The notes under the pieces: generated by a model
What the model saw: only the letters and a program-made list of their open reading frames with translations
The model's database searches: none
Told to the model about the DNA's origin: nothing
IMG/VR virus record: IMGVR_UViG_2841629896_000001
From: an uncultured virus (IMG/VR IMGVR_UViG_2841629896_000001)
Taxonomy: Duplodnaviria; Heunggongvirae; Uroviricota; Caudoviricetes
DNA: 55,441 nucleotides
Reading direction: 5' to 3' (one strand)
Shown here: one piece after another, positions 17,801 through 28,133 of the stretch
Position numbering within the stretch: the first letter of the stretch is position 1
Layout of the letters: each line of letters starts with the position of its first letter
Program-made: the position numbers and the translations under genes

Positions 17801-19756
17801 TAAGGCTTTTATTTTGTTTTTAAAGTTGTCATCATGAGCACGCAAAGCATTGAGAACTTGCCAGATGACATCATACTTTGTATTGTTTTCTAAAGCCTGT
17901 TGTGGTGGAATATTAAAGGGAATACCAACGGGTAAAATAATATAGCCTGTTGTTTTACCTTCTGCGCGGCGCATCACACGCCCCACAGCCTGTATCACAT
18001 CCACATGACTTTTACGCGGGTGTAAAAACATAACCGCATCAAGAGCAGGGACATCGACTCCTTCAGAGAGACAGCGGACATTGGTTAACACACGGCAGTT
18101 ATTCTCATCTGTATCTTCTTTAAGCCAATCAAGTAATTTATTACGATTTTTGCCATTAAAAGAGCCATCAATGTGCTTAACATCAAAGATAAGAGAAGTC
18201 TTACTTTCTGGAACAAATTTATGATATTCATCAATGGCGTCATTGAATAGTTCGCTAACGAGTTGAGACGTATTGATATTTTTACAAAAAGCCAGAGAAC
18301 GACGCATAGGTTTTATGCCATCTTCTTCTTTCTTTTCTATTTGGGAAAGTGCTTTGTAGCAGCCAATGATTTTGGTTGTATCATCAAGAATAAGTTCGGA
18401 ATTTTTATCTTTAAGGCGTTTCTGAATCGTTGCGTTAATAATTGCTTCATCAACAGCCAAGACGATAACTTTATAGGGTGTTAAAAGTTTATCTTTTAGA
18501 GCTTTTGAAAAAGTATAAGTGTAAAGATTTTTTCCATAGAGCTCTTCATCATCCATGGACGCCAGAACAGCATCAGATGCGTCAGCCTTCTTTTTCAACT
18601 TGTCGGTAAAGATCTTAGGGGTTGCCGTCATGTACAGACGTTTTTTGCCCCGAATGATGCTGTTATCATGAACCTTGATAAATTCAGATTCACGCTTGTC
18701 TGTTCCTAACACAGCTCCAGTGGTACGGTGTGCTTCATCACAGATGATCAGATCAAATTCGGGTAAATCATACTTTTTTTGCGCATCCGAAATCACTTGG
18801 ATTGAATGGTAAGTAGAAAAGACCACAGTCATTAGATCAAGAGAAGTTTTATTGGCTTTACGCGCAAGCTCTTTGGCATCGGTCGTAGCCGGTAAAACAA
18901 GGTCTGATGCATCGAGACCAGCTTCATCATCATCATTTTTATTATTCTTCCGACGTTTACCCACTTGTGTATCCGAACACACAGCAAAGGAACGCAAAGG
19001 CACTTCTGTATCTTCTGTCCATTCACGAATTGTTTGAGAGATAAGAGCAAGGGAGGGTACCAAAAATAAAACACGTTTGCCTTGACCTGCTATGGTTTCT
19101 GCTATCTTCAAACTGGTGAAAGTCTTTCCCGTTCCACATGCCATAATGAGTTTGCCACGGTCTGCTTCTTTTAAACCTTCACAGACTTTCTCAAGGGCTT
19201 CTTTCTGATGATCTAAAAGCTTTTTCTTTGGTTTCTCTTTAAGGACGGCTTGTCCTTGTTCTTTATAAGCGCTCCAATCGATTTGACTGCTTTCCAAATC
19301 AAAAAGGTTAATACGTTGAATACGAACCTCTTGTCCTTCACAAGTCAGTTCAACATTGTCACTCCAATCTGTTTCAGTGCTATCAACCAGTATGCGACGG
19401 GTGAAGATTTTTTTGCCCGAGGCAGCGATAAAGCTATCAATATCTTCTTTTTTAATTATGTGAGAGGCGTTATAGCATTTACATTGAATGGCAGCATAAC
19501 CTCCTTCATCACGGATTGTCGCCACCAGATCAATCCCAATATCCGTTCCATCTTCATCATGCTCTTTTGCCCATTCCAAATAAGTTTGAACCTTTTCGTA
19601 TTCTTGCTTTTGAAGAGGGTCTTCACTCAAATAAACCATGACAAGGTTTTCAAACATGGTTCCTAATTCACGGGGTGATTTTGATTGTTCGCGATAATAT
19701 TCCAACAGAGAGCGTAAAGTGACATGTTCATTATCAGAATTAACAGATTGCAGCAT
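14828..19756 (-). CDS. Type ISP single-polypeptide restriction-modification enzyme (LlaGI/LlaBIII-like)
   Basis: Mrr-like nuclease (GIDLVA..AIQCKCY), SF2 helicase (MACGTGKT, DEAH, TAT, QAVGRVMR), N6-adenine MTase (LDPFTGTG, GNPPY), C-terminal target-recognition region; 1642 aa. Confidence 0.95.
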   Translation of the reverse strand: MLQSVNSDNEHVTLRSLLEYYREQSKSPRELGTMFENLVMVYLSEDPLQKQEYEKVQTYLEWAKEHDEDGTDIGIDLVATIRDEGGYAAIQCKCYNASHIIKKEDIDSFIAASGKKIFTRRILVDSTETDWSDNVELTCEGQEVRIQRINLFDLESSQIDWSAYKEQGQAVLKEKPKKKLLDHQKEALEKVCEGLKEADRGKLIMACGTGKTFTSLKIAETIAGQGKRVLFLVPSLALISQTIREWTEDTEVPLRSFAVCSDTQVGKRRKNNKNDDDEAGLDASDLVLPATTDAKELARKANKTSLDLMTVVFSTYHSIQVISDAQKKYDLPEFDLIICDEAHRTTGAVLGTDKRESEFIKVHDNSIIRGKKRLYMTATPKIFTDKLKKKADASDAVLASMDDEELYGKNLYTYTFSKALKDKLLTPYKVIVLAVDEAIINATIQKRLKDKNSELILDDTTKIIGCYKALSQIEKKEEDGIKPMRRSLAFCKNINTSQLVSELFNDAIDEYHKFVPESKTSLIFDVKHIDGSFNGKNRNKLLDWLKEDTDENNCRVLTNVRCLSEGVDVPALDAVMFLHPRKSHVDVIQAVGRVMRRAEGKTTGYIILPVGIPFNIPPQQALENNTKYDVIWQVLNALRAHDDNFKNKIKALELDQNVRHVFEIVGVTFDPALQAMTAVVDELSFHTKSEGAGLHIGSVASENSHSYEGQKEFEFYVDELSRAIKPIIVKKCGEPNQWGNWAGNVAAIAQNHIIRLKSILADKKSEAFHAFDAFHKELKNGLNDSIEQEDALEMLAQHLVTRPIFESLFDGNEFVSKNAISQAMEKILRELDKINIKDEAKDLEKFYQSVKDDTEEIIETRAKQNLIIKLYEDFFTKAFKKTTDKLGIVYTPIEIVDFILHSVNDVLEQEFGQSLSSRGVSILDPFTGTGTFITRLLQSGLIKPEDMEYKFRNEIKANEIVLLAYYIAAINIESTYHSLMKGDYIPFEGICLTDTFLMLEEKDFFTRYMFENSERCKKQQEADIQVIVGNPPYSVGQKNANDNNPNVRYDTLDDSIYKQYITRSSEKMNRNKLYDSYIRAIRWASNRLSSQGGIVAYISGNGWIDKISADGMRSCLENEYSSIYIVNLRGDIRKNRLSNRMAKEGQNVFGSGCQNGISITLFVRNPKKQQPCKIFYHDIGDNLSTKEKLKQLREFKSIKGITHSKQFIEITPNEKHDWIKPRDVNFYQFMPMGDRNTSIDTKLFEEVSLGMRTARDSWVCNFSTDALSTSVQKAIDFFNEQRRLVAENPSISMKKIIDYDTTKISWTDALISKLKRSIEATFESHLKALILYRPFMTLWHYTSPFLNEGLGHTHQFFNSNILGNLGICVSGIGNRSGFSCLMTNKPISFDTLEKTRCYPLLLYSDEKKHHNQSLFAASVKKKVRDGITDAGLAHFKAAYPNEKISKDDLFYYVYGILHSEDYRARYADNLSKELPRIPCVKSAEDFWKFVTAGRELGHLHVNYEDVEPYPVTFKKGNPKLTDISNPEKFYYVTEMKFAKIKNSKEKDKSTVIYNSNITITDIPLEAYEYIVNGKPALEWVMGRQCVKTDKKSGIVNDANRYAVETVGNPAYPLELFQRVITVSLETMKIVKNLPNLVLRETE

Positions 19757-20030
19757 ATTATAATAAAAATCCCTTGCCTTAAGAGATGATCAATAATCAT
19801 CAAAAGAATCAAAACGAACTCAATCAAATGCATTTAAAGCAAATAACGATAAAAATGGGAAAAAACTGATAAAAAGCCGATATTTTTTCAAAAGGGGTTT
19901 TTAGAGGTTGTTTATCAACAGCCCATGACACAGCGTAAGATCAGCAAAATAGTGAAATTTGCTATTCGTTTCACGGGTTAATTAAGACAAATGCACTATG
20001 TGTTTATAAGGTATCAGAATTATTATTTTG

Positions 20031-20224
20031 ATAGGTTTTGTCTGTTTTTAAAACCCCCAAAACCCCTACAAAACCCCTTTTTATATATATTATAGATTGT
20101 ATTTACGGATTGTATTTAATATAGGTTGTTTCTTTAAAACATTAATGCATTGAAATATAATGATTTTTATTTTGAATTAAAAAAATAAAATAATACGCAT
20201 AAAAAGCACCCCCAAAACTCATAA
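20031..20224 (-). repeat. ~195-bp inverted repeat, right copy
   Basis: Reverse complement of 14314-14508; lies just 3' of the DUF3987 gene. Confidence 0.92.
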
Positions 20225-20287
20225 TGGGGAGTGCTTTGAAGAGTTCACTGTTATATTGTTAATGTTCTATAAGATTTCCAAATTGCC

Positions 20288-21295
20288 TCAGTGTGATGTT
20301 TTATGGCTTGTCACTAAGGGATTCCATTCATAGCGTATGGTAGGGCGACCGCCTTGTGAGCTCTTGTCTCCAGAGATTTCACGAATATAGTTACAACGGC
20401 ATAAAAGCTCTAAAGCTTGCTTAACGGCTTCATTATCTTTGAAACATTTCCAATCACGTTTATAAATATCCCTTGTTGTAAAAACATCGGGTAAACAATC
20501 ACAACGTTCGACAATTAATTTTGCTCCCTCTGTTGCTAAGCTATCCGCCGCCGCATAAAGCCTTTTGACATGACTTAATAAATATTTTTCCCAATACAAG
20601 GCTCTTTCAAGGGCATCTCTATTGATTTCAAAACGACCATCCTCAACCAGTTCAAAAATCAACGCAAGGGTTGGTATGGTTTGATTCATTTTCAAAAGAT
20701 GTGCTTTTAAACTTGATGAGAAATGACCATTCTTTATTCTTTTCTGAAAATCTTCCCACCATTCACGAAACATTTCTTGGGCTTGGGCAGAAAAGCGTAT
20801 AGTTATCGGATATTTTGGTGATCCTAATGGTTTATCATAAAGAGAACGAAAAAAACCTTGATAACTTTCCCATGCCTTTTGATTAGGAGGTCTATCAACC
20901 CATAACTGCTCTTGTCGTTCATCGGGATAGATCAGCATTTGAAACCGTTGCATAAGACCATCATCGTTTATTCCACGGTGCATGTCTTGAATAATGGGAA
21001 TAATACGTGCAGGTTGAATACCCCCTATAATAGAGACAGTTGCATTGGGAATAAAAATGGTTCCCCGCCCAATCCGGTCATAGGTGTAAGACTTATTGCC
21101 ATTAAAAGCTGTTAGATAGAAAGAACGGTCTGATTGATATTCCTTTCTTTCCATATCTGTTAAGAAACCGGATAATTCATCACGCACCATCAAGAGACCG
21201 CGGGGATTTTCTTTTAAGAGTTCCCCAAGCTTTTCCACGCTCGTATCATTGACAATAAAACGAGAGACATCATCGTCACTTTTACGAGTAAGAAA
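20288..21295 (-). pseudogene. 5'-truncated DUF3987/YfjI-family helicase-like replication protein
   Basis: RFIVNDTSVEKLGELLKENPRGLLMVRDELSGF, DRIGRG, SIIGGIQP, DGLMQRF. The frame is closed by a stop near 21296 and no N-terminal Walker-A region is present. Confidence 0.8.
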
Positions 21296-21436
21296 CTAAA
21301 TGGTGTGCAAAGCGATCATGCAATCATATTCTCGCAATATTAGAAAAGTAATAATTTATCATTACTTACTGATATAGAGTGCAGTATTTAAAAAAATAAT
21401 TTGCTTCAATTACCAAATAAATAAAAATACAGTTGA

Positions 21437-21709
21437 TTAAGGGAATTTTTGCTTTGTATGAAGCACACGTAAAATACGAACAACGCCATCTGAAATATCA
21501 TAAATCATGATATAATTTGGATGTACAATAAATTCACGTGTATTTACAACTCGTCCTAAACGACCAAGAGTAGGAAACTTAACGAGTTTTTCTATCTTTT
21601 CAGATAAAAGTTGATCAAACTTTAAGGCAGCAGAAGGATTATCTTGTGATATGTATTCACGTATCTTTTTGCGGTCAACGCGTGCTACTTGTGTCCAAAT
21701 TAGCTTCAT
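21437..21709 (-). CDS. RelE/ParE (RelE/StbE-type) toxin
   Basis: MKLIWT..A..D...I..YI..DNPSAA...FPTLGR.GRV..TREFIVHPNYIMIY...ILRVLH. Confidence 0.9.
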   Translation of the reverse strand: MKLIWTQVARVDRKKIREYISQDNPSAALKFDQLLSEKIEKLVKFPTLGRLGRVVNTREFIVHPNYIMIYDISDGVVRILRVLHTKQKFP

Positions 21710-21996
21710 AAAGTTGATCTATCTAGTTTACTTTGTATTTTTAAGCGCCATTCCTTTGCTTCTGCTTCGATTTCCTCAGAAGATATTATATCGCCTGCAT
21801 TAGCAGAATTTATCCCTAATTGAACCTGTTCCCGAAACCATAAATCGTGTGCACTTCTTTCTTTTTGTTCTTTTACGATATCGCGCATATAATCTCGCAA
21901 CAATTGTGCACCAGATCTATCACACGCTTTTGCTGCTTTGGAAAATTCATTTTTCAATACATCATCAACGCGAAAGGTAAATGTCGTCTCAGCCAT
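21706..21996 (-). CDS. Ribbon-helix-helix (CopG-like) antitoxin
   Basis: TFTFRVDDVLKNEF...DRSGAQLLRDYMR...WFREQVQLG; overlaps the toxin start. Confidence 0.88.
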   Translation of the reverse strand: MAETTFTFRVDDVLKNEFSKAAKACDRSGAQLLRDYMRDIVKEQKERSAHDLWFREQVQLGINSANAGDIISSEEIEAEAKEWRLKIQSKLDRSTL

Positions 21997-22325
21997 TTTA
22001 TTACCTCTTAATGTGTTACAAAATAGTTCTAATGTAATACATTTTGACTATTTCTTCAATAGGTACTGTTAGAATAGATATTTTCTATCTATCTTGCATT
22101 TTCATATCCAAAACATGATTGTTGTTTACATATAAAAAACTTATAATTTAATTCACATTATTTTATGGGATAAAATATTAATTTTGATCTAAATTAATAT
22201 TTTTACTTAATATGATACAATTTTGTGCATATTTATGAGTTTCTCATGATTACAAGATACAGAAAATCAAAAACTTGGATTGTATAGCCAATTTTCTCTT
22301 GATGTTTTAGAACTTCTTAAGGACG

Positions 22326-22475
22326 TTAGTGAGCGTAATTTATAAGGTACGCCAATTTATTAAGGAATAACAGCCTATCATCATGAGCGGGGCAATGAGT
22401 AAGTCCATAACGCCCATGCCAAGTACCACGCAAGGCACGTGTAATGCCCCGCGCATTCTTAAAAGAACACATCAT
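22326..22475 (-). pseudogene. Truncated primase zinc-finger N-terminus
   Basis: Manual translation MMCSFKNARGITRALRGTWHGRYGLTHCPAHDDRL then a stop; CPAHDD is the zinc-binding motif of primase/VapE-associated proteins. Confidence 0.7.
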
Positions 22476-22572
22476 TTTAAATCCTATAACGTTGCGTCAC
22501 AGGACGGATTGTGCACTCTCTAGATTGATGAGTTTGAGAAAGCCTTGTCCGTCCTTACGTGACAAGGTTTTT

Positions 22573-22773
22573 TTATGCCACGTCGTTATAACGTTGCTGT
22601 TTTGCTTGTTCGATTACATTCAAAAGATCCGATTGTAACCAACGGGATAAAAAACCAAATTTTAAAGGTTTTGGGAGAGAGCCATTGGTAACATGACGGC
22701 GGAATGTTGAGACACTCATATGAAGCAATTTTGCACTTTCACGGTCTGTTAAAAGAATATCATTTTCTGTCAT
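22573..22773 (-). CDS. AlpA/excisionase-like HTH protein
   Basis: LLTDRESAKLLHMSVSTFRRHVTNGSLPKPLKFG..SRW. Confidence 0.9.
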   Translation of the reverse strand: MTENDILLTDRESAKLLHMSVSTFRRHVTNGSLPKPLKFGFLSRWLQSDLLNVIEQAKQQRYNDVA

Positions 22774-22982
22774 TCTAAAAACCTTTTATTTTCAAAAAAT
22801 GGAAACAAATCATGCCCATTTATTAAGCACATTTTGGTTTATTTTTGAAGGTATTTTATTTATAGAAAACAATATATTATCATATAATTTCTGATGTGAT
22901 AATTTATGCGTCTTATTGAGAGAGAATGAGAAAACAGAGAGAGAAAGTTATTCACAGATCATGGGGTTATGCACCCCATATC

Positions 22983-24149
22983 TTAAGATTGCCCAGTGAC
23001 ATAAGCCGCCCATTTATCCATATAGACACGGCGCTGTTCTAGATAGTCCGTACGACGATAGGCACGCTCTACTTTACCGCCTACCGTATGACTTAGAATA
23101 GTTTCAGCGACCTCATAGGGGGCATCGGTTGTTTCAGCGAGCCAATCGCGTAAACTAGAACGAAAGCCATGCGGGCAGGCGTTTAGTCCAGTTTTTTGCA
23201 TATACCTTGCCATATTACTTTCACCAAGAGGAGCACGACCGGTTGCAGAAAGGATAAAATCACTTTTGGAAAGACAGCGAGCATGTTCAATCACTTTCAT
23301 TGCTTCTGTTGATAAAGGTACGCGAAATTCTGTTGTAGCATCGCGCTTTCCTTTCATATTTTCAGCAGGGATTGTCCATATATTTCCATCAACCTGATCC
23401 TTATGAATATAACGTAAGGAATGCGTACGAACGCCTGTCAAGATGAGCAAACGCAAAGCCAGTTGTGTTATAGCTGTTGTTTGGCAAAGTGTTTTATAAA
23501 AAGCGGGTATATCTCTCCAATCCATTGCTGGTCTATTAGTGATTTTATGACGTTGTTTACCTAAAAGAGCACGTGCTTTTTCGGTTGCTTGTAAGTCAAC
23601 ATCTAAACCTAGTGCAGCCGCATGTTTGAGACAAAGTTTGAGACGCATCAATGCTGTCCGAGCAGCTCCAGCTTTTGTATGCCAAATAGGGGCAAGGGTA
23701 TCGCGTATCTCTGTTTGCGTAATTTCTGAAACGGGTAAACAACCTAATTTGGGGAGAATATGAAGTTGTAAAGGCGAAAACCAATCTCCATTTTTACCCT
23801 CTCCTTTTAATTCAGCTTTACGAGTTTCAAAAGTGTCTAAAGCAATATCTTTTAAATAATGGAGATTACTTATTGCCTCACGCTTTTGTTTATTGCGCTC
23901 TTTAATGGGGTCACGCCCCTCATGCAAAACAGAACGCCATTGGTTTGCCAATTCACGTGCTTTTTTTAAAGAAACATGTCTTAAAGCACCCAATCCCATT
24001 TCACGACGGCGCCCGTGAAGGGTATACCGTAAAATCCATTGAGCACCTCCATCTTTACGCTTATGAAGTAACAAGCCGGCACCATCATTATATTTGCCAG
24101 CCCCCAATGTTGCGACAGATCTTGCATTCAGACGGTTCATAAGAGCCAT
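22983..24149 (-). CDS. int: P4-like tyrosine integrase, copy 1
   Basis: Arm-binding N-domain (YNDGAGLLL, RRREMGLG); catalytic LTGVR, HGFRSS, ILSH, AYRR. Confidence 0.95.
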   Translation of the reverse strand: MALMNRLNARSVATLGAGKYNDGAGLLLHKRKDGGAQWILRYTLHGRRREMGLGALRHVSLKKARELANQWRSVLHEGRDPIKERNKQKREAISNLHYLKDIALDTFETRKAELKGEGKNGDWFSPLQLHILPKLGCLPVSEITQTEIRDTLAPIWHTKAGAARTALMRLKLCLKHAAALGLDVDLQATEKARALLGKQRHKITNRPAMDWRDIPAFYKTLCQTTAITQLALRLLILTGVRTHSLRYIHKDQVDGNIWTIPAENMKGKRDATTEFRVPLSTEAMKVIEHARCLSKSDFILSATGRAPLGESNMARYMQKTGLNACPHGFRSSLRDWLAETTDAPYEVAETILSHTVGGKVERAYRRTDYLEQRRVYMDKWAAYVTGQS

Positions 24150-24324
24150 TTTTAATCCTTTCTTATACAAATTTTATCCACACACTCATCCCACTTGTTA
24201 TGTGCAAATGAGTGGTTTTGATTGATGCAACATAAACAGATTTGAAATGAGAGAATCTTACGTTATTCGAGACTCTCATTCAACATACAAAACAGTGAAT
24301 TATCATTATAAATCAGTGTGTTGA

Positions 24325-27300
24325 TCACTCATATCGGGGGGCAAAGGTGTTGCCATTGATTCAGGAAACAACACGGAAATTGTAGCCTCGATACTCACAG
24401 CCGGCAAGATAGGGGAGACTTCAGGAGCAAAAACGCCAGAAGACCAAGCAAAAGCCGATATTACCATTCACTCTGGTGGCAATATTCTCATCAAAGGGGC
24501 GCAAGAAAAGTATGATCAGCAAGCACAATCGTCAGAAAGTGGCTTTTTGAGTAGCAAATCTTCCGATACATCTGAATCGCATAGCACAACGGTTTCCTCC
24601 ATTCTTGGGGCGACGGGCAATATTGTGTTAGACGCACAAGGGGATGCCACAATCACGGCTTCTCATATGATTGCCAATGAAGATATCAATGTGGCAGCAG
24701 AAAATGTAACGATTAATGGCATGACAGACCATCATAAGAGCCATTCAGAAACCCATGAAACCGGTTTTGGTGTGGGATCAGGCAAGGGCTTTGTCTCAAT
24801 CTACGGGAGTGAGGGAAAGACAGAGAATGAAGAAAGTTTTGAACATCAAGGCTCTTCGTTCAATGGGAAAAATATCACCATCACCGCCAAAAAAGACGAT
24901 GTGAACGTGGTCGGCTCTGATTTTAATGCACGAGAAAATATTAATGTTTCGGCAGCCCATGATATCAATGTTTTGCCTGGTCACAATAGCCATAGCGCAA
25001 ATTCAAAGGAAGAACGCACAGGCTTTGGGATTCAGTTTGAAAAGAACAAAAGTGGTGCTTCTGTGGGTGTTGGGGTTGAGAGCAATAAAGATACGGGCGA
25101 TCAATGGGAAAAGACGAATACGCCGTCCAATTTCCATGCGGGCAATGATGCGAATTTTAATGCGGGCAATGATGCGAATTTTCAAGCGGCAAATGTTTCG
25201 GCAAATCGTGATGTCAACATTAATGCTGGCAATAATATCACCCTATCGGAAAGCTATGATACCTCTCATGCACAAGAAAAGCATGAAAAGTTCTTTGCTG
25301 GTGTGACAGGTTCTGTCAATGTTGGCATTCTTGGTACTGTACAAGATATAAGGGATGCCGGAAAACGTTTTGGTCATGGGGATACAAAACACAAAATCGG
25401 CAATGGTTTGCTTGGCGGTTTAAAAGGTTATGATCTCTATAACAAAGGCAAAGGTCTTTACAATGGGATAAAGGGTGGAGCAAGCAAAAGTGACCTTCGT
25501 AATATGGCGGATGTTTCAGCCAGCATTACGGCAGGCTTTAAGGCTGAAAAGGCAGAAGCCTCTTCTCAAGTTTCCACCGCGGTGACCACAACAATAGAAG
25601 GTGGGCGTTCTATCAACATGCATGCCCACAATGGGAGTATTCATGGTGTTGGTGCTGATCTTATCGCTGGCACAAACCCTCTGAGCAATGATGAACAGAG
25701 CGGAAATATCACCTTGGATGCAAAAGAACATATCCTCTTTGAAAGTGCGCAAAACACGCAAAGCACGCAAAACCATTCGCAAAATATTTCTGCAAATGTT
25801 GGTTACAGCTACGGGAGTGGCGGTCCAGGCTGGATGGGCAATGCTTCTTTTGGAAAAGGAAAGGGTTCCAGTGAACAAGTGCATCATAAAAACAGCCATA
25901 TTATAGGCACCGGCACTGTTCATACCAACAGTGGGGGAAATACTACATTAGCAGGCGCTGTAGTTTCTGGAAACCGTGTAGAGATGGGGGTTGGTGGTGA
26001 TTTCACCATTACCAGCCTCAGTGATACGGGACAAAGTTCCAGCAAGCAAAACTCTGTTTCTGTTGGCTTTAATGGTGGAAAAAAGGATGATGTGGCGACA
26101 ACCAATATTGCCTTTAACAAGGATAAAACCTCTAGTGATTATCACAGCGTTGTGGAACAATCCGGCATTAAAACCGGTGATGGCGGCTTTGATATTACAG
26201 TGGCGGGTGCAACAACCATGACCGGAGGTATTATCGGTAGCACCGCACCGGCGAACAAAAATAAACTGACCACAGGAACCATTAAAACGAGTGATATCAC
26301 CAACAGTGCTGGTGCTCAAGCCAACAGCGATGGGATCAGCATTTCTGCGGGTGGACCCATGTACCAAGGCAAATACGGCGTTGGGAAAAACATTGCCAAG
26401 AATGTTTTAGATCATGTAAAAGCCAAAGATTCAGAGGAAGGCTATACCAAATCCGCCATTAGTGATAGCACCATTGTGCTGACAAATGAAGCAGGGCAAA
26501 AGGCGTTGACGGGGCAAGATGTGGAACAAGCCATCGCCTCCCTTAACCGTGATACTGCCAACGCCCATAAGGGTGTACAACAGCTTGATGTTGCCAAGCT
26601 GGAACAAATCGTCCATGAAAACCGTGAAATGGCAATACAATTGCTGGAAGAAGGGTTTAAATACAGCGATGACTCCTATAGAACCATGTTTATCAAAGAA
26701 CACCCCATCGCTGTGGTCGACCGTGATGAAAAGGGCAATATAATCTATGAAATAGATGCAAATGGACAGTATATCAAAGACGCTCGAGGACAAAAAATTC
26801 CTAAGTTTCATTATTTAACGGATGAAGAAAAGCAGCATTTGCAAGAAGGCTCTGATGGCAAGGTTCATGTGTCCCTCAATGGCATCTTTACTCCACCCTA
26901 TGAGGCTGCTGTTTATGCAGAGCAACATGCGGAGAATAAAAATGAACCACTTTATTTTGTTGTGTTCCCCCAAGCCGATTCTGCTATTTCAGAACTTCTG
27001 GTCGCAGGATACCAGAAGTTTCTGGAAAATAACTTTTGGGGTTTGACGAATTCTACACAAGAAGCAAAAGATCTGATGTTTCGCTATGGTAATACAGGAT
27101 TGCATTTTGATGCCCATAGTCGTGGCAGTATGACAAGCTTTAATGCGCTGAATTCTTTCAAACAAGAAGGTATCAATGATGTAGCTGGCAATACAACGAT
27201 CAATTTCTATGGACCAGCGGCTAATGTTTTGGCTGCATCCGGTCTGTTAAGGTATGTAAGTGGTGGCAAGCAGACCACGATTGGCTTTGATGGTCATAGA

Positions 27301-27513
27301 TACGATTTTGTCAGCAGAATTATTGGCGGCAATGACTATACCTATGAGACAATACCTGCTGGTAGTAACATGTGGAAAGAATGGCGGAGAATGTTCACAA
27401 ATCCCAATAGCGTTCATACTTGTCTTGGACATGCGAATGCTATGTGCAACATACTTTATGGCACATCTCATCTAGAACAATTTCCTTTAAGTAAATCAAG
27501 GAGTAAAAAATGA
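24325..27513 (+). pseudogene. fhaB: 5'-truncated filamentous haemagglutinin (FhaB/CdiA-like) with a C-terminal alpha/beta-hydrolase-like toxin domain
   Basis: Frame is open from 24325 (SLISGGKGVAIDSGNNTEIVAS...), directly at the integrase-module end. FHA-2-type repeats; C-terminal NGIFT, AHSRG, FYGPAAN, DFVS, VHTC. No signal peptide or TPS domain. Confidence 0.85.
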
Positions 27514-27913
27514 AACAAATTCTAAAGCTATTAGGTGTGGTAGTTTTGTTTATCATAACAGGATGCCAATTTAATAAACCTCCCGTATCTTCTATAGGTG
27601 CATGGGAGAAGCCAGGAGCAGATTTTACTGAGATAGGAAAAGCCTTATTAGAATGTGGCATGCCAACACCTTATGATGCCGATCCAGAAAATCAAAATCG
27701 TAGTTTCAATCAAATGGCAACCATTGATGCTTGCATGCTTCAAGCAGGTTTCCGCTATAAATATGATGTGGGGGGGGGTGGTGTGGAAACCATAAAGCCG
27801 AAAATCTTCCGATTTGTCGACCAGGTGCTGTTGTTCCACAGAGAAGTGTCAAAAAGCGCTTAAACAGCCCTTTTTGTAAAAAGCATCCAGAGCAATATGA
27901 ATGCTATCCTTAA
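27510..27913 (+). pseudogene. Lipoprotein, putative immunity protein, frameshifted at a G9 tract
   Basis: Lipobox-like IITGC. Current frame stops at 27863; the shifted frame continues WCGNHKAENLPICRPGAVVPQRSVKKRLNSPFCKKHPEQYECYP to TAA at 27911-27913. Confidence 0.75.
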
Positions 27914-28133
27914 ATATTGTTATTTGTGGAAACTACAATCCCCACATTCATGTGTTCCCATGCTTGTGCGGGATTGTCTCCTCAACCAACAATCTCAACA
28001 CTGTATGTGAAGCAGTATAACGTAGGGAATACACTTAGTAATCCTATAACGTTGCGTCATAGGATGGGTTGTGCACTCTCTAGGATTGTGAATTTGAGAA
28101 AGCCTTGTCCGTCCTTACGTGACAAGGTTTTTT

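Larger units (their letters stand above)
22480..24328. repeat. AlpA-integrase-att arm module, copy 1 (~1.85-kb direct repeat of 28040-29889)
   Basis: Both copies begin AATCCTATAACGTTGCGTCA and end AAATCAGTGTGTTGATCAC. Confidence 0.95.

Noticed and set aside
14314..20224. IS or composite transposon around the R-M gene
   Set aside because: No transposase and no evident target-site duplication; kept only as an unexplained inverted repeat.
25138..25182. Short tandem repeat GCGGGCAATGATGCGAATTTT in fhaB
   Set aside because: Ordinary in-frame haemagglutinin repeat duplication.
24547..27513. fhaB as a complete gene starting at TTG 24547
   Set aside because: The frame is open 222 nt further upstream to the integrase-module junction and lacks a signal peptide and TPS domain, so it is a truncated fragment.
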